A stretch of 64,000 nucleotides of DNA from Raja brachyura (taxonomy: Eukaryota), in the NCBI GenBank assembly GCA_963514005.1, contig OY740811.1, forward strand, positions 18,104,001 through 18,168,000, read 5' to 3'. Below the pieces are notes generated by a model. That model ran no database searches, was not told the origin of the DNA, and was given only the letters and a program-made list of their open reading frames with translations. A program made the position numbers and the translations under genes. This document shows positions 49,197 to 62,903 of this stretch, one piece after another (within the stretch, counting starts at the first letter, position 1; every line of letters starts with the position of its first letter).

Positions 49197-50774
49197 CAGT
49201 GGCTTGCAAAAGTTTTCATACCCCTTGAACTTTTCCATATTTTGTCACGTTACAACCACAAACGTAAATGTATTTTATTGGGATTTTATGTGATAGACCA
49301 ACACTAAGTGGTGCATAATTGTGAAGTGGAAGGAAAATGATACATGTTTTTTTCAAATTTTATTACAAATAAAAAACGGAAAAGTGTGGCGTGCAAAAGT
49401 ATTCAGCCCCCCTGAGTCAATACTTTGTAGAACCACCTTTCGCTGCAATCACAGCTGCAAGTCTTTTGGGGTATGTCTCTACCAGCTTTGCACATCTAGA
49501 GACTGAAATGTTTGCCCATTCTTCTTTGCAAAATAGCTCAAGCTCAGTCAGATTGGATGGAGAACATCTGTGAACAGCAATTTTCAAGTCTTGCCAGAAA
49601 TTCTCAATTGGATTTAGGTCTGGACTTTGACTGGGCCATTCTAACACATGAATATGCTTTGACCTAAACCATTCCATTGTAGCTCTGGCTGTATGTTTAG
49701 GGTCGTTGTCCTGCTGGAAGGTGAACCTCCGCCCCAGTCTCAAGTCTTTTGCAGACTCTAACACATTTTCTTCCAAGATTGCCCTGTATTTGGCTCCATC
49801 CATCTTCCCATCAACTCTGACCAGCTTCCCTGTCCCTGCTGAAGAAAAGCATCCCCACAGCATTTCACAGTGGGGATGGTGTGTTCAGGGTGATGTGCAG
49901 TATTAGTTTTCCGCCACACATAGCGTTTTGCATTTAGGCCAAAAACGTCAATTTTGGTCTCATCAGACCAGAGCACCTTCCTCCACATTTTTGCTGTGTC
50001 CCCCACATGGCTTGTGACAAACTGCAAACGGGACTTCTTATGGCTTTGTTTCAACAATGGCTTTCTTCTTGCCACTCTTCCATAAAGGCCCGATTTGTGG
50101 AGTGCACGACTAATAGTTGGCCTGTGGACAGATTCTCCCACCTGAGCTGTGGATCTCTGCAGCTCCTCCAGAGTTACCATGGGCCTCTTGGCTGTTTCTC
50201 TGATCAATGCTCTCCTTGCCCGCCCTGTCAGTTTTGGTGGACGGCCATGTCTTGGTAGGTTTGCAGTTATGCCATACTCTTTCCATTTTCGGATGATGGA
50301 TTGAACAGTGCTCCGTGAGATGTTCAAAGCTTGGATATTTTTTATAACCTAACCCTGCTTTAAACTTCTCCACAACCTTATCCCTGGCCTGTCTGGTGTG
50401 TTCCTTGGGCTTCATGATGCTGTTTGTTCACTAATGTTCTGTAACAAACCTCTGAGGCCTTAACAGAACAGCTGTATTTATACTGAGATTAGATTACACA
50501 CAAGTGGACTCTATTTACTAATTAGGTGACTTCTGAAGGCAATTGGTTGCACTGGATTTTACTTAGGAGTATCAGAGTAAAGGGGGCTGAATACTTTTGC
50601 ACGATACACTTTTCAGTTTTTTATTTGTAAAAAAATTTGAAAACCATGTATCATTTTCCTTCCACTTTGTGTTGGTCTATCACATAAAATCCCAATAAAA
50701 TACATTTACGTTTGGTTGTAACGTGACAAAATGTGGAAAAGTTCAAGGGGTATGAACACTTTTGCAAGACACTG
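49197..50774 (-). mobile_element. Near full-length Tc1/mariner DNA transposon (DD34E)
   Basis: TA target-site duplications (TSDs) at 49195-49196 and 50775-50776. About 200-bp terminal inverted repeats (TIRs) starting CAGTG.CTTGCAAAAGT. Encloses transposase fragments. Confidence 0.95.
49417..50415 (-). pseudogene. Tc1 transposase, frameshifted into three pieces
   Basis: MKPKEHTRQARDKVVEKFKAGLGYKK / ..GRPPKL..ARRKPLL..WSDETK..HTIPTVK / [29 protein letters not shown]. There are 34 residues between the second D and E. The HGGGSI motif is deleted near 49863. Confidence 0.93.
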
Positions 50775-51824
50775 TATATTTTCATGAAGGATTTCCCACT
50801 TCCACACTCCCCAAAAAAATCATCAGGGTTTTTAAGGAGGATATAGGTTGCAGAGAAATTGTAAGTTAATGCAGAGGTTCAAACTGTATTAATATACCTG
50901 AACCAACTGGATTATTTTCAGGTACAGAAGTGGAAATCTTAATTCCAAAGGTAAATGTTGGAATTCAGAAAGCCTAACCCTTGAAATTCCATGGTCATTA
51001 AAGGTGACTGTGTGTTCAACTGCATGTACAACTGGACATTAGGTTGATGCTGGTAACCTTTGATCAGATTAGAAACGCAATGCTTACAGGAATAAAGTCC
51101 TGCGGTTGTTCACATTGTCAAGATTATCCATCAGTAATGGACCATGTCAATGTAGTTCATTTATTGATTCCACGAGTGGGGGAGTCTCGAAGGAAGGCAC
51201 AAATTTAAAACTTTGAGATGCAATCATTTAAAGCTGAGGAGCTCAGGGTCAATATCTCACAGAATGTGGTGATTCTCTGGAATTTCTCTACCCCAGAGGT
51301 TGAACAATGGGGGATATTTAAAAAAGTTGATTCCATTTTTAAAGATGGAGGATTTACGTGCTGCGGGGAACAGGCACGCATGAGCCATAATGATCAGCCG
51401 TGATCATGTGGGTGGCGAGCTATGCTTGAGGGACTGAATGGCCTCCTCCTACTCTTGGTTTTTTTATTTTGTAACTTTGGTCTTGATAAATCTATCTAAG
51501 ATTCTTTCTTTAAGTTTCATTTGTGGTGGTATGTTACATTGTTGATGAATAATTTAGTAAATTGAGTGATTATTCAACACAGCTCAAATGGTGTATACTT
51601 AACTAAACAAACTTAAATGTATGCTTAATGCATTTAACTCGATGTCACCTGGACTCCTCCTTCAGACATGGGGCACTTTATCCAGAGTTGGTACAAGGTA
51701 ACTGTTACAAGGGCTATGGGGAAACTGCTGAAAAAAGAGCAAATTAATTGTTGCTTCACCTGGACATTCTGTTGGGATCCCTGGATATTGGGGAAGAAAG
51801 AGATGAAAGGAGAGGTTTAATAAA

Positions 51825-52830
51825 AAAATACACAGTGCTGAAGTAACTCAGGGGGTCAGGCAACATCTCTGGAGAACATGAATAGGCATGTTTTGGGCTA
51901 GGACCCTTCCTCAGACTGGAAGAAAGCTGGAAGAGAGGTGGGGATGAGAGGAAGCCTGACAAGTGGTAGGATACAGGTGAGGGATGGTTTAATTGGCAGA
52001 TGTTTGGTCAAAGACCAGGGATGAAAAGATAAAATGTAATGAGATAAGAAGCGAAGACGTGTGAAGCCAGGTGAAGGAATGTAGGTGGAAGGGAAAAGGG
52101 ATGAATGGATGCACATCCAGGTGGAACACATGGAAGAGAAGTGGGGAAAGGAGGGATGGCAGGGAACTGTTTGTAGGTTAGTTACCTAAACTTGGAAAGT
52201 TCAATGTTCATAGCATTGGGTTGTAAGTTACCCAAGCGACTTGTAAGTTACCCAATACGAGCTGCTATAAGAACAGGTGTTGCATTTCCTGTGGTTGCAT
52301 AGGTATCTCCTGTTAAGGGAGAGTGATTAGTGAGGATGACAGAGTGGATCAGGGAGTTGCAAAGGCGACGCTTTCTTTGGGGATATGTAACTCGTGGTGA
52401 ATATCATTGAAATGAGCCAAAATTGCTTAGGATAACAATTGAATTGGAGTTAATGGGATGAAGGTACGGGTCAGGGGAATTCTGTCCTTGCTGTGTCCTA
52501 GAGGAGGAGAAGGGGTAAGAGGGGAGCTGGGGGAAATGGATGAGAAGGAGTTAAGTGCTCTATCAAATGGACTTCACCTTTCTACAAGTCATGTCATGCC
52601 CTGTCAAATAATATAGTAGGGAAAGTCAAGGTTCAATAAGAATGAAGGTTTCAGAAGCACCTGTGTGGAAATCAGGAAAATGTGATAACTTTAATGAGTG
52701 GGAGAATGGAAGGGGGTCTGAGCAGGAGGTAGGGTGGAAGTATGTTTGGATACCAGTAGGTGTAAGCGTCAATGAATGTTTGTCATAAACCAACCCTTGT
52801 GATGGCGAAGCAGGCAGAATGTAATAAAAA
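51825..52830 (-). mobile_element. Penelope-like element remnant
   Basis: Minus-strand RLGNLQPNAMNIELSKFR near 52180-52240, followed by UTR and a degenerate hammerhead-like terminal repeat at ~51888-51916. Confidence 0.6.
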
Positions 52831-53439
52831 GGAACTGCGGATGCTGGTTTTGGTTTATACCACAGATGGATACAAAATTCTGGAATAATTCAACGGGTCA
52901 TTCAACATCCCTTATCTCCAGAAGTGCTGCCAGGCAGTTGTGCAGTTGCATGGTGGTGGAACGTGGGTCTGTTGAGGGAGGAATACAAGATCGACTCAGC
53001 AACTTAAATCATTAACCCGTTGGTGACTTGTTAATTGTATTACTATGATTTCAGTATCAATTTCACCCCCCAACTTAAAATTTATTGAGATCTATTTGTT
53101 GAAAACATTCCCAGCGTTTATGTCTCTCAAACAGTTATCTTTGCTTCTATAATGATCCAAAACACAGAATAAAATCTTCTTAAAACAAGATAACATTTAT
53201 GTTTGAAAATCACGGCCTTCATATGGGATTCAGAATGTTTTCGTTTCAATCAATTGGGCCAAGTAGGCACCGGAGCAAGTGAATTGTTGAAGGATGAAGT
53301 CAATGTTTATTCGCAGACCGTGGAGCAAACATGGGTAAATGTTGAGCAGGACTGGTTTGTTCTGATTAACAGACTGGTTAAGCTTGAAAAAAGGCAGGCC
53401 TCCCTTCCGGAAAACATGGGATGAGTTAACTCTGAGCAT

Positions 53440-54190
53440 CATAGAGTACAGCACACCACCCTTTGGCCCACGTTGTCCATACTTCAGCTTCATATTCTTC
53501 TATGCCTTGCCTATTCAAATGCCAGTTGACAAAATGTAGAGATTGCATCCAATGTAATCATCTCCTCTGCTAGCTGGTAGATCAACCAATTTCTGTCTAA
53601 AATATATTTCCCCGTCAGATCTCCTTTAAAGCTCAAACGTATGCCCTCTTATTTTTGGCATTCTGACAATCTATCCTATCACTGCCTCAGACACGTTTAT
53701 ATCTCTTGGCCTCCCTCCCTCTCAGCAATACATTCCCAGCCTATCCAAATTTCTGCATAGTTTAGTTCTACAATACAGGTAAAATCCCGATTAATCTCCT
53801 CTGCACCCTCTCCAGTACAACCACATCCTTCCTACAGTGTGGTGACCAGAGCTGCGCACTGTACTCCACAGTCTAAGCAGTGTTCTGTAAAGTTGCAACA
53901 GAACATCCCAATGTTTATATTCATTGCCCTGATGTGTAAATGCAAGCCGCATATTTCTTCACTGCCCTATCCACCTATGTTGCCACTTTCAGACCACTGT
54001 GGACTTGAACCCCAAGTTTCCTCTTTCATCAGCTTTTCTAGGCACCCTATCATTTTTTACGCATGTCCTACCATTATTTAACTTCCCAAAATGCAGGAGC
54101 TTGCACTTGTCAGGATTAAATTCTATCTGACGACACTCCATCCAACTTTCCATCTCATCTATCTCCTGCTGCATCCTTGTATAACCTTGT
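53440..54190 (-). mobile_element. Degenerate CR1 LINE fragment
   Basis: MQQEIDEMESW..QIEFNPDKCKLLHFG motif. Confidence 0.75.
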
Positions 54191-55408
54191 TCACTGAGAA
54201 AACCCAATACTACCTGGACAGTCGTTTCCATGATTTAAAAAAAACGCTTACAACAATAAAATTAAGGAACTCCGTTACGTTCCTTTGGTTATTGCCAGTA
54301 TTACATAATTTCTTCCAGAATTTATAACAGGCCTTATTTATCTAAATAAAATCAAATAAACAAATTGTTGCCAATCTTTCGCTAAATAACCTAATGTGAG
54401 GAGATGGGGAGCATGATTGTGATCCAGCCAATTCTCCGACTCCCTGCCTGTGCTGCTATTACTTTCCAACACCTTGTTATATTTTGGAATTCGTGCATGT
54501 TTATCTTAACTCTATTTCTCCAGGGGAAGAAACAACACCCTCAGTGCCAATCTCAGTCCAAGAATCATAAATCTATAGATAATGTGGTAGGCCCCAAGCA
54601 ATTTAGTTGAATTTATTATGGTAATAGATAAACTGATTGCTGTTCTTAGCTGAGGAATCAGTGGATCCAATCATAATAAATGAGACTTGATTGGTCTTCT
54701 TTGCTGAATTCATAGTCATAGAGTCATACAGCACGGAAACCGGCCGTTCGGCCCAACTTGGCCATGCCGAACACAGTCACCTATCTACACTAGTCCCGCC
54801 TGCCAGCTTTTGGCCCATATCCCAAGAAGCCAGTAAGTTCAATCTCCTGGTATAAGAGTTTACGGTGTGGCTAGAAGGATGCTAGAAATGGAGTCAGTCG
54901 GTACTTTCAAAAGTGAACTGGATAGGGACCTGAGGAATTAATATCTGCGACCTAAGAGGCGAGAGCAGGGAAGTAGGGATTTGGATTGTTCTACAGAAGC
55001 ACTGAATGGCCTCATTCTGTGTTATGATTGTATCCCTCAACATTGTTGTGGATCATTTTATTAAAAATGTGTGCCCACCATGAGCTAAACTGATTGTGTG
55101 CAGATGATCGGATTTATTCAGTGCGCCTGAAGCCCAAAGATTTTTTTTACTGCTTCACACTTGTCCTCTTTACTGCCTGGCTCATAATGCCAGGATTAAA
55201 AAAGGTGCCATGTTTTTGGACTGGTCTTCCACCAAACCATTTTGCCTTTTGTTCTTTAAAGAATGTTTAACAAATCTTCCTGATTTATCAGCCATTGGCT
55301 GTCTAGCCATCAGAATGTTGGAGGAGGACCGAACAACCAAATGTCCTTGAAGAATTATTATTATTTAAGTACTTAAGTGGAATAAAATTGTGTTTTACCT
55401 TGCCTTAG

Positions 55409-55522
55409 CATCAGCGCCTGTAGCCACTATCGAGCCTCAAATCCTGACTGTCAAGCGGGGGCAGACTGCTGAATTACGATGCACAGCGACTGGAAATCCT
55501 CCTCCAACCTTGGAATGGTTTG
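55409..55522 (+). CDS. HSPG2: Perlecan exon (SAPVATIEPQILTVKRGQTAELRCTATGNPPPTLEWF)
   Basis: ccttag acceptor, gtatgt donor, phase 1/1, Ig N-half. Confidence 0.95.
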
Positions 55523-55650
55523 GTATGTTATTCCCTCAGAATTGCATTGTTCTTTCTGTGCAGTGAAGTGACATTTGTTTTATTGCTGAAGACTTTTCAT
55601 GTCTTTAACCATGCCTTTCATAGCATTGCAAATCACAAGCAAAAAATTAG

Positions 55651-55922
55651 GGGCGGCACGGGGGCGCAGCAGTACAATCGCTGCCTTAAAGTGCTTTCAG
55701 TGCCAGAGACCCGAGATCGATCTCGACTACGGGTGCTGTCTGTATGGGGTTTGTACGCTCTCCCCGTGACCGAGTAGGTTTTCTCTGAGATCTTCAGTTT
55801 CCCCCCCAAACTCCAAAGACGGTTGGATGATTGGCTTGGCATAAACGTAAAAATTGCCCCTAGTGTGCAGGGATCGCTGGTTGGCGCAGAGCCTGTTTCC
55901 ACACTGTATCTGTAAACTAAAC
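55651..55922 (+). mobile_element. V-SINE (HE1-like)
   Basis: GGGCGGCACGG head, core and AAACTAAA tail. Confidence 0.8.
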
Positions 55923-56424
55923 ACCGTTCAGAACAGTTTGGTAATAGTGATATATATGCGCGTGAACTAAATTTTGGGGAATGTTGAGCCAAACAGGTTC
56001 AAATTTAAGACTAGGTCCTTGTGCAGAAATGGAGATGACAAAAATACTCAGAGTGGTCGGAGAGAGGCAGTGAGATTCCTCACATTGCACCAGAAGGTTT
56101 TTTAGGCTGCTTTGTCCTTCGAATCCCTGAAGAATGGTAGTAGGGGAAAAAACATTTATGTTTGAGTAGGATGCTGATTTGCACGAAAACACGGAGAGTC
56201 TCCTGATCTAACACCCAGCCTAGGTTGCCCAGTTCCCATGGAGAATGTGCAGCTTAGTCTCACACATATATCATTATTTAGCTGAAATTGGACTGATCAT
56301 CAAAGCATTCTCCAGTAATTTATACCACAATTGCCCTCCCTAAACTGCAGAGAGATAAAATAAAACAAGTTCTCATTTAAATACAAAAGATTACATGCAG
56401 CAGTTTTCTCATCATATTTAAGAA

Positions 56425-56772
56425 TAGTGAAAGGCTTGGATGGAGCGGATGAGGAGAGGATGTTTCCACTAGTGGGAGAGTCCAGGACTAGAGGTCACAA
56501 CCTTAGAATTAAAGGACATTCTTTTCAGAAGGAAATTAGGAGGAATTTCTTTAGTCAGAGGGTGGAATTGTTTGCCACAGAAGTCTGTGGAGACAAAGTC
56601 AGTGAATATATTTAAGGTAGAGATAGATAGATTCATGATTAGTACGGGTGTCAGAGGTTATAGGGAGAAGGAAGGAGAAAGGGGTTAGGAGGGAGTGATA
56701 GATCAGCCATGATTGAATGGTGGAGTAGACCTGATGGGCCGAACGGCCTAATTCTACTCCTATTCCTTATGA
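56425..56772 (+). mobile_element. CR1 LINE 3' end
   Basis: KGLDGADEERMFPLVGESRTRGHNLRIKG..RRNFFSQRV. Confidence 0.88.
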
Positions 56773-58068
56773 ACGTGCGTCACATTCCAAGCTTCCCATT
56801 GCTCCCAAACTTATGGCTGGAAGAATCCTTGGGTTGCTTCGAGTAGGCCGAATGGCTTGATTCTACTCTTATAACTTAGGACCTTGTGATTTAAACGAAA
56901 AGGTTTCAGACCATTCCCTGATCACAGACAAAGGACGATTGACAATGCAGGCTAAATATCAAGTTTGCAAATTAACAGCACAGCTGCCATTCAAGTGTCC
57001 CAAATACTGCTGGCTCAGGCAAGCGCACAAGATGAGACATGTTTTGGAATTTTGAATGAAAGGGTACAAGGATTCCGAAATTAACTTCTACAGAAGCCTG
57101 TGCAACCATGTCCAAGGAGTTTGTGCAAATCCAAACAGTATTCTTGGACACTGTCCCTACTGGTAGAGTATTTAACTGAATTGAAGATTGAATGCCAGAA
57201 GTTGAAGGTTATTACAGAACATCAACTGGTAGTTCTGATTACTTGAAATATCAAGTGTAGAGTCTACTTTAACCCTCGTTCTTGCAAGCCAGAGTGCAAA
57301 TTACCTGCTATCGCCACTTTTTCTGTTTGCCTTGTAGAATGCCAAATTGTAAGCCGGTATTTTTGAAAATAGCTGCTAACATGTGCAAGCTGGTGTCTGA
57401 TCACAATGAGACCGAGGGGATGGATTGCTCTTTTGGTATTTTCAATCCGCCTCAAATAAAATAAACTCTTTTTTCAGTTATAAATCCATTGTATTCACAT
57501 TCTGAATTGCTAAATTGCAACATCACAGGAGGTGGGGATACATAATATATCTACCTTGGTGGGGGTTTAGAACGATAAAGTGTGGTTATTCTGTGAAAAT
57601 ATTCATAGTAAAATAATGGCTCAAAATATTGATCTGTTTCCACATTTGAAGTGCAAATAATTACCTGGAGTGACCATTAAAATACTATTAAAAGTATATA
57701 GCATGATTATTAACTGAGGCACCGAGAATACACCTGTCGTTTCCCAGCTCCAGCCACCTGAGTTTGATTCTGACCTCTGGCGCTATCTCCATGGAGCTTG
57801 CGTGTTCTTCCGCGTTGTTTCCTGTGGGTGCTTCCAAAGTTTCTCTGGTTGTCAGGTGGATAGTCCACTGAGTGTAGGTGGCTGGCAGGACAATCGGGAG
57901 ACCATGTGCAACAGAGTAGGTTACAGGGAATTAAGTAGGGGGAATGGGATGATGCCGAGAGGCAACAAGTGCGCGCGTTGGGATGACTGGTTTCCTTCTC
58001 CTTTGCAAAAAGATCTGAAATTGTGCATATGGTGATAATTACATCGTGCTTTCTTTCCCATCTTTCAG

Positions 58069-58221
58069 GGGGCCAAGGCAATATTATTTCACCAAACGCA
58101 GTGATTCAGGATGGACTTCTCCGCTTTGTCGCTACGGAGCATTCCGATGAAGCAGAGTATTCTTGCAAAGCATCAAACAGTGCTGGACACAACATTGCCA
58201 CAACAGTTCTCTACGTGCAAC
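58069..58221 (+). CDS. HSPG2: Perlecan exon (GQGNIISPNAVIQDGLLRFVATEHSDEAEYSCKASNSAGHNIATTVLYVQ)
   Basis: tctttcag acceptor, gtaaga donor, phase 1/1, Ig C-half. Confidence 0.95.
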
Positions 58222-61200
58222 GTAAGAGTTGTCCCAAGTTGTCTTCATGTTACTCAGTTTCCCGAAAAATGTGCAATCATGCAACCGGTGAATGAGTTTG
58301 GATGGGCTCCTTTCAGCAACAAAGGATGAACCTCCCCCGTGTTTACACCTATGTTGAGTTAGATGATCACTGCATCCTGAGACCTGTATTTGATTATCCA
58401 TGAGCCAGAGAGAAGAAAAAATGGACCAGATCTAGGCACATGCACAAAGTCCAAAATCTTGGGCCAGGTGTAGAGACCAAGATAAAGAGAATAAGGTTGG
58501 CAGATACAAGGAACACCTCCATTCAATAGGGATTTGGTGCTTGTCAATACTTGAAGATAGACCCAAAATGTTGGAGTAACTCAGGGGGGCTCTCCCTTGT
58601 CAATACTTGATTCAGGAATGCCACAGATTGCAAAAAGTTCAACATTGTTTGGCTTACAAATGGCCCCAGGTTCTAACATCTCAGTCAAGGGAATGCTGCA
58701 CAGTGGACAAGTCGTGTCTCCATACTGTGGGCACAACAACCCCTCAAAGGAAATAGTTGACAAGGATAGTTGGTATCTGAAATGATCTGTCAGAGGTGGT
58801 GGTGGAGGCAGTAAGAGTTATTGAGTGAGGCATAATGGTCGGGATATGGAGTAATGCAGACAAGTGGGATGAGAATGGGTAGGCACGATGGTTGGCACAG
58901 ACTCTGTGGGCCAAATGTCCTGTTTCAGTGCTGTACAATGCTGTGTCCCTATTCATTCACTCTTTCAATTCACAAAGTACAACTGACATTGGTGGTAGAC
59001 ACAAAATGGTGAAGAAGGACTCGAACCAAAACGTCACCCATTCCTTCTCTCCAGAGATGCTGCCTGTCCCGCTGAGTTACTCCAGCATTTTGTGTTTACC
59101 TTCGATTTAAACCAGCATCTTTCCTACTGAAATTGGCGGACTGTACTCGGTGCACCAGTCACATTATCAGCATCTTGTGTGAAGTTGAAAGGTCAAAGTA
59201 GTTGGAATCATACTATACAGTTAGAGATCAAAACTTGAAGATAAAATCAGGCTTGATTCTACTTTCATTAGTGAGTGAGTAATGTAATGAGTGATGTATA
59301 TAATGCAGGAATAGTTGGAACCAATTACTCAAGGTTTTGCAACACTTTTCAACATCAAGTATTTCCAATAGACTTGATGGGCCGAATGGCCTAATTCTAC
59401 TCCTATAACTTGTGAAGTTGTGACTGATTGTCGTTTGGGGGGCCTGGCAAGTGATCGATGGATACAGTGGTGAGGTGAGGTACAGGTGAGAGAGAATAAA
59501 CACTCAGGATGATGGGTACGGAGCCAATTAAGCAAAAGGTAGATTTAGGATAAGAGGTAAAAGATTCTCACACAGAGGGTGGTGCAAATATGGAAGGAGC
59601 TTAAGACGAAGTGGTGGAAATGGGCACAGTTATGGCATTTAAAAGTTCCTTGGACAGCTACCATGGATAGGAAAGGTTTGGATGGATGTGGACCAAAAAA
59701 CGGGCATTGACACATTTCCGTACAGAGCAAACAAAAAATATGACCATTATCACTGCCATAAAATAGTGTTGCCGATCTGCTTTCGCTGGGCCAGTAGAGA
59801 ACATGGCCTGCGGAATCACGGTTAATATCTTCACTGGTTAGAAGTCTCATTGCTTTTGCAGAAACATTCTTGTGCAATCAGGCAGAGCAATACTCGACTG
59901 GGGATTAGACGTCTGCCTCGGACTGATGAGCTGTGTCAGGCCGATTGTTAAGGCTGTGTGTTGTTGATCTTGTGGGGTGATTGGCATAATGCAGACAAAT
60001 TAAGCAACCTAAACTGTCTGCATTCCTTCTTCCTGACAATTGGCCGAGCCCAACTTTTGTGCTGCTGAAGCAACAGTCAATGGTTTGGTTTGTAACATCC
60101 TAGTTGAAAAAAATAACCAGCTGCCAGTCAGTTAAAAGCTTTAATTTGCCCCAATTCTCAATCCCCTATAAGTTTCGTAGAGACTGCTTCTTGCTTGTTC
60201 TGCTTCACCCAGAGATATTTGTTGTACTCTCAGTATAGTTATCCAACTAAATTAAGCTGAGCATTGGTTTCCCTACATAATTCCAAGAATGACATGCTGA
60301 TGTGGACATAAAATGCTGGAGTAACTCAGTGGGGCAGGCAGCATCTTTGGATAGAAGGAATGGGTGACGTTTTGGGTCGAGTCTCGAAACTTAGTCTGAA
60401 GAAGGATCTCGGCCCAAACCGTCACCCATTCCTTCTATCCAGAGATGCTGCCTGTCTCGCTGACTTACTCCAACATTTTGTGTCTATCTTTGGTGTAAAC
60501 CAGCATCTGCAGTTCCTTCCTACACATGGTGATGTAGATATTGGGTATGACATCTAACTGATGCCAAAATATCTAGTTCAGGGAGACACACTTGCAATAG
60601 GATCCAGAGGAACAAGTCGGAATATCTTCAATATGTTAAAATTGATTAACATTTACAAGCCTATTCTGAAGGCAATTGTTTATTTGTAAGTATCCTCGAC
60701 CTTTATTCAACCTCATCTCTTAACCCACCAACCGATGCACAGAGATTAACATTTCCTCGGGACAAAATTGGGAAGAATAACAGAAACATTTTAACTTCAG
60801 TTATTCGGCCTCTGCATACTATAGGCCTTTACCAGGAGGTTGTGTTCACTTTAAATAATATTTTTTTAGGACTGAAAAGAAAAAATTGTGCCTTTGTTGT
60901 AATGTGTTTACATTATATTGCACTTTAAAAACATATTTGCGTGAATGGTCACTCCTTTTCCAGATTATTGACCTTGCCACGTGTATATTCCCTGCTCCTT
61001 CCTCTATTCCTGCTATCATTCATCACTCTCTCAGAAATAATTATTTCCGCTATTTTATTTGTATTTGGTGTTCATTGGTGGATGATGGATCTGAGCAAAT
61101 CAATGGTGTTTCAGGGAGGCTCAGGATCATAGGAGACTCATTCAGTACTGGGCAATACACCATCTTGGACCAACCTTTTATAACACATGCCCTCCAATCC

Positions 61201-62396
61201 AGGCAGCATTCTGGTAAACATCTGCACCTTCTCCAAACATCATTCCTGTGTGACCAGAAGTACACACAATACTCCAAATGCTTTTTTGGCAGGGTATAAT
61301 GAGAAATTAAAAAGAAAAAGTAAAATAGATTTGTAGTGTTACTTATGAACAGTAATGGCAGAGGAAAAATTAGGATGTTGGATCGGTAAGATTGGAATAG
61401 AATTTAATTGGACAGAGCCAAAAAAAATCTCTATCAAGCTGCCAGGGGTATTGCATGCGGACGTTACTTGTCAGAGGGAGTTGCTGAAGTCTAATGGAGA
61501 CACAAGAGAATGCAGATGCTGGAACTTTGAGGAAGAAACAAAGTGTTGGGAGAATTCAGCAGGTCAGGCAGCATCTGTGGAGGGAAATTGATAGATGATA
61601 CTTTGGGCCTGGACCCATTTTTACTCGAGGAACTCAAATACAGGGCATGATTGTAAAAAAAAAACATAGAAAAGTAGTTGTGGGAAAGTTATCTTGTTTA
61701 AAATTGAATGGCCAGAAGAAGGAGGTAAAAAAGGAAAAGGAACCGACTTCTTTCAATGTCTTCTTTGCAAACACACAGGGGCGGTTCTGCTGATGAGAAA
61801 TAAAATACTGCAGATACTGGGAATCTGAAATAAAAATAGCGAATGCTGGAAACATGCACCAGGTCAGGCAGCATCAGAGGAATGAGAAACGATCAGCATT
61901 TCAAATCAAGATCCTTCATCAGAACTGGGGAAAAGAGAAACAATTTTGGGTAGCAGGTGGGGGAGGGATGGATCAAGCAAAGAGATTATCTATTATAGGA
62001 TGACACCAAATGATTTAATTTGGCTGATAAATATCAGTTAAAACTCGATTAAGCTTCATTGTCTGTATAACTTTGTGCTAATGGTTAGATTGTGGGACAT
62101 GCCCAGTAGGCCAGACTGTATGGAAAACTAATGACTGAGCCAAAATACTGGCAGGTAGAAATGGCCAATTTTGAAACGAAGAGAAAGAGGAGGAAACGTA
62201 TCTAAAGTTGGAGAGTTTGTACAATCCATGTTCTATGAAAACGCTGTTACATATAGCATGAAGAAAGTTACAAATGTGTCATCAGATACCGGGAGCTACG
62301 TCACTGTCCTACTGACCACCCCTAGCTGTTACACGATCACACATCTGTTTGTGCAATTGATTGCATTGAAGTATAGGAGAGACATCAAACACATCA

Positions 62397-62572
62397 ATTT
62401 GCCTCAGAGGGCGGTGGAGGCAGGTTCTCTGGATGCTTTCAAGAGAGAGCTAGATAGGGCTCTTAAAAATAGCGGAGTCAGGGGATATGGGGAGAAGGCA
62501 GGAACGGGGTACTGATTGGGGATGATCAGCCATGATCACATTGAATGGTCTATTCCCGCACCTATTGTCTAT
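62397..62572 (+). mobile_element. CR1 LINE 3' end
   Basis: LPQRAVEAGSLDAFKRELDRALK..GYGEKAG. Confidence 0.85.
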
Positions 62573-62757
62573 AATTTTCTTTACTTTAAAAATATATCTG
62601 TGTTCGAAGAGTTTGTCACTGAATAATAGTTGCTTGAATAAACTCTCAACTTCTCCTGTTTTAAGCCATATAATTACATAGATGCTGACGTAGCCTCAAT
62701 AACTACGAGTGTTGCTGTCTTGGTTTTAAGTTCCCTGTCTCCCATTTGCCTGTGTAG

Positions 62758-62903
62758 CTGTCGGTAACCTGCCTCGTGTGCAGGTGAGCCCGCAACGGAT
62801 CGAGGTTCCAGAGGGCGACACAGTGAGGTTGTACTGTCGGGCAGGAGGACATCCTACACCAACAGTCACGTGGAAGAAACGGGGAGGAGAACTACCGCCC
62901 CAG
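62758..62903 (+). CDS. HSPG2: Perlecan exon (VGNLPRVQVSPQRIEVPEGDTVRLYCRAGGHPTPTVTWKKRGGELPPQ)
   Basis: tgtgtag acceptor, CAG|gtacca donor, phase 1/0. Matches the perlecan pattern PRVQVSP...TVRLYCRA...GG.LPPQ. Confidence 0.96.

Noticed and set aside
53317-53334. 18-nt phase-1/1 micro-exon candidate (DRGANM)
   Set aside because: Short pyrimidine tract and too short to distinguish from chance without reads.
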